This document shows positions 63,022 to 64,000 of a stretch of DNA of 64,000 nt, piece by piece (position 1 is the first letter of the stretch; every line of letters begins with the position of its first letter). Location of the stretch: the NCBI RefSeq assembly GCF_963506605.1, contig NC_083279.1:79050001-79114000 (forward strand). The letters run 5' to 3'. The stretch is from Zootoca vivipara (taxonomy: Eukaryota). A program made the translations under genes and the position numbers. The notes under the pieces are model-generated. The model made no database searches, had not been told where the DNA came from, and saw only the letters and a list, made by a program, of their open reading frames with translations.

Positions 63022-63787
63022 GTGTAATGTGTGAACCTGGCTCTGAAGCAGCTTGCAAATTAATATTTCAAACAGAAGTCCTAAATTGGTTGCAACTTGC
63101 ATAGTCCTCAATATTTTTTATAAAAGTTCTTTCCACCCCACAAGAACAACATTCACAAGTGGCACATGCCATGCCTTATGCATGCCACATGGGTAAACCC
63201 CGAGAGACTAGTCAAGAGTTCCTACTCAGTGCTGCATTGATAGGCTTGCTAAAGAAACTTCTCTGTGTTAAGTGGGCAGGTGAGAGTTGGGTGGGTAGAA
63301 AGCAGTTGTCTGTGGTACTAATAAGCACAGCAGAAGAGTACCTTCTTTTCAGCCTGTGGTGGAAACTACGCACGTACTAAAAACGCTGTGAAAATGCTTT
63401 TTTAAAAAACGTTTCAGAAAATACATTGGATTTTGCATAGCTCACTGTTGCCATCTAGTATCATATTTGTATATTGCAATTTACAACACATTTAAAAGGT
63501 TTTATTTGCAGCTGTGTAGATGAGTCCCCTGTGTGTATCTTCCCTGAGTGTAGGATAATAATAATCCTGGGCCTTGAGACAAGGTGGGGGCTAAGATCTA
63601 GGAACAGATGGCTTGTTTTGTTTTTAAAGAAAGCAATGCAACTATGAGAAATATGGGAAGGGCTGTAGCTCAGTGGAAGGGCAGCTGCTTGGGTTCAATT
63701 CCAGGTCGTGCTGGGAAAGACTCTGAAATCCTGGGGATGCTACTGCCTGTCAGTGTAGGCAATACTGAGCTCAAGCAAACTAGCTCA

Positions 63788-64000
<213 letters not shown>

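Overview
Vertebrate genomic DNA from a squamate reptile, probably a lacertid lizard (inferred from the repeats: Sauria SINE, lizard-type L2/CR1, BovB, Penelope-like elements, many hAT and Tc1/mariner MITEs). Two genes lie tail-to-tail. On the + strand are the last four coding exons of the P4-ATPase flippase ATP8A2 (5204-5292, 10956-11060, 25644-25735, 30167-30264). They splice in frame to ...[127 protein letters not shown]. On the - strand is SHISA2 (exon 1 partial 63841->64000, exon 2 CDS 57273-57826). Most other ORFs in the track are chance ORFs or LINE fragments. There is no CRISPR array or prokaryotic system, and I cannot support a wholly new biological system. The most notable non-genic items are: (1) a 105-bp Penelope-like insertion with a 14-bp TSD carrying an intact minimal hammerhead ribozyme (28546-28583, - strand); (2) young CpG-rich MITEs packed with ETS/YY1/NRF1-type motifs and long hairpins; (3) a three-element TE nest; (4) a 30-bp templated insertion copied from 3.5 kb away; (5) a degenerate 55-bp tandem FOX/homeodomain motif module between the genes. 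Repeat family names and orthologue comparisons are from memory, not from database searches.
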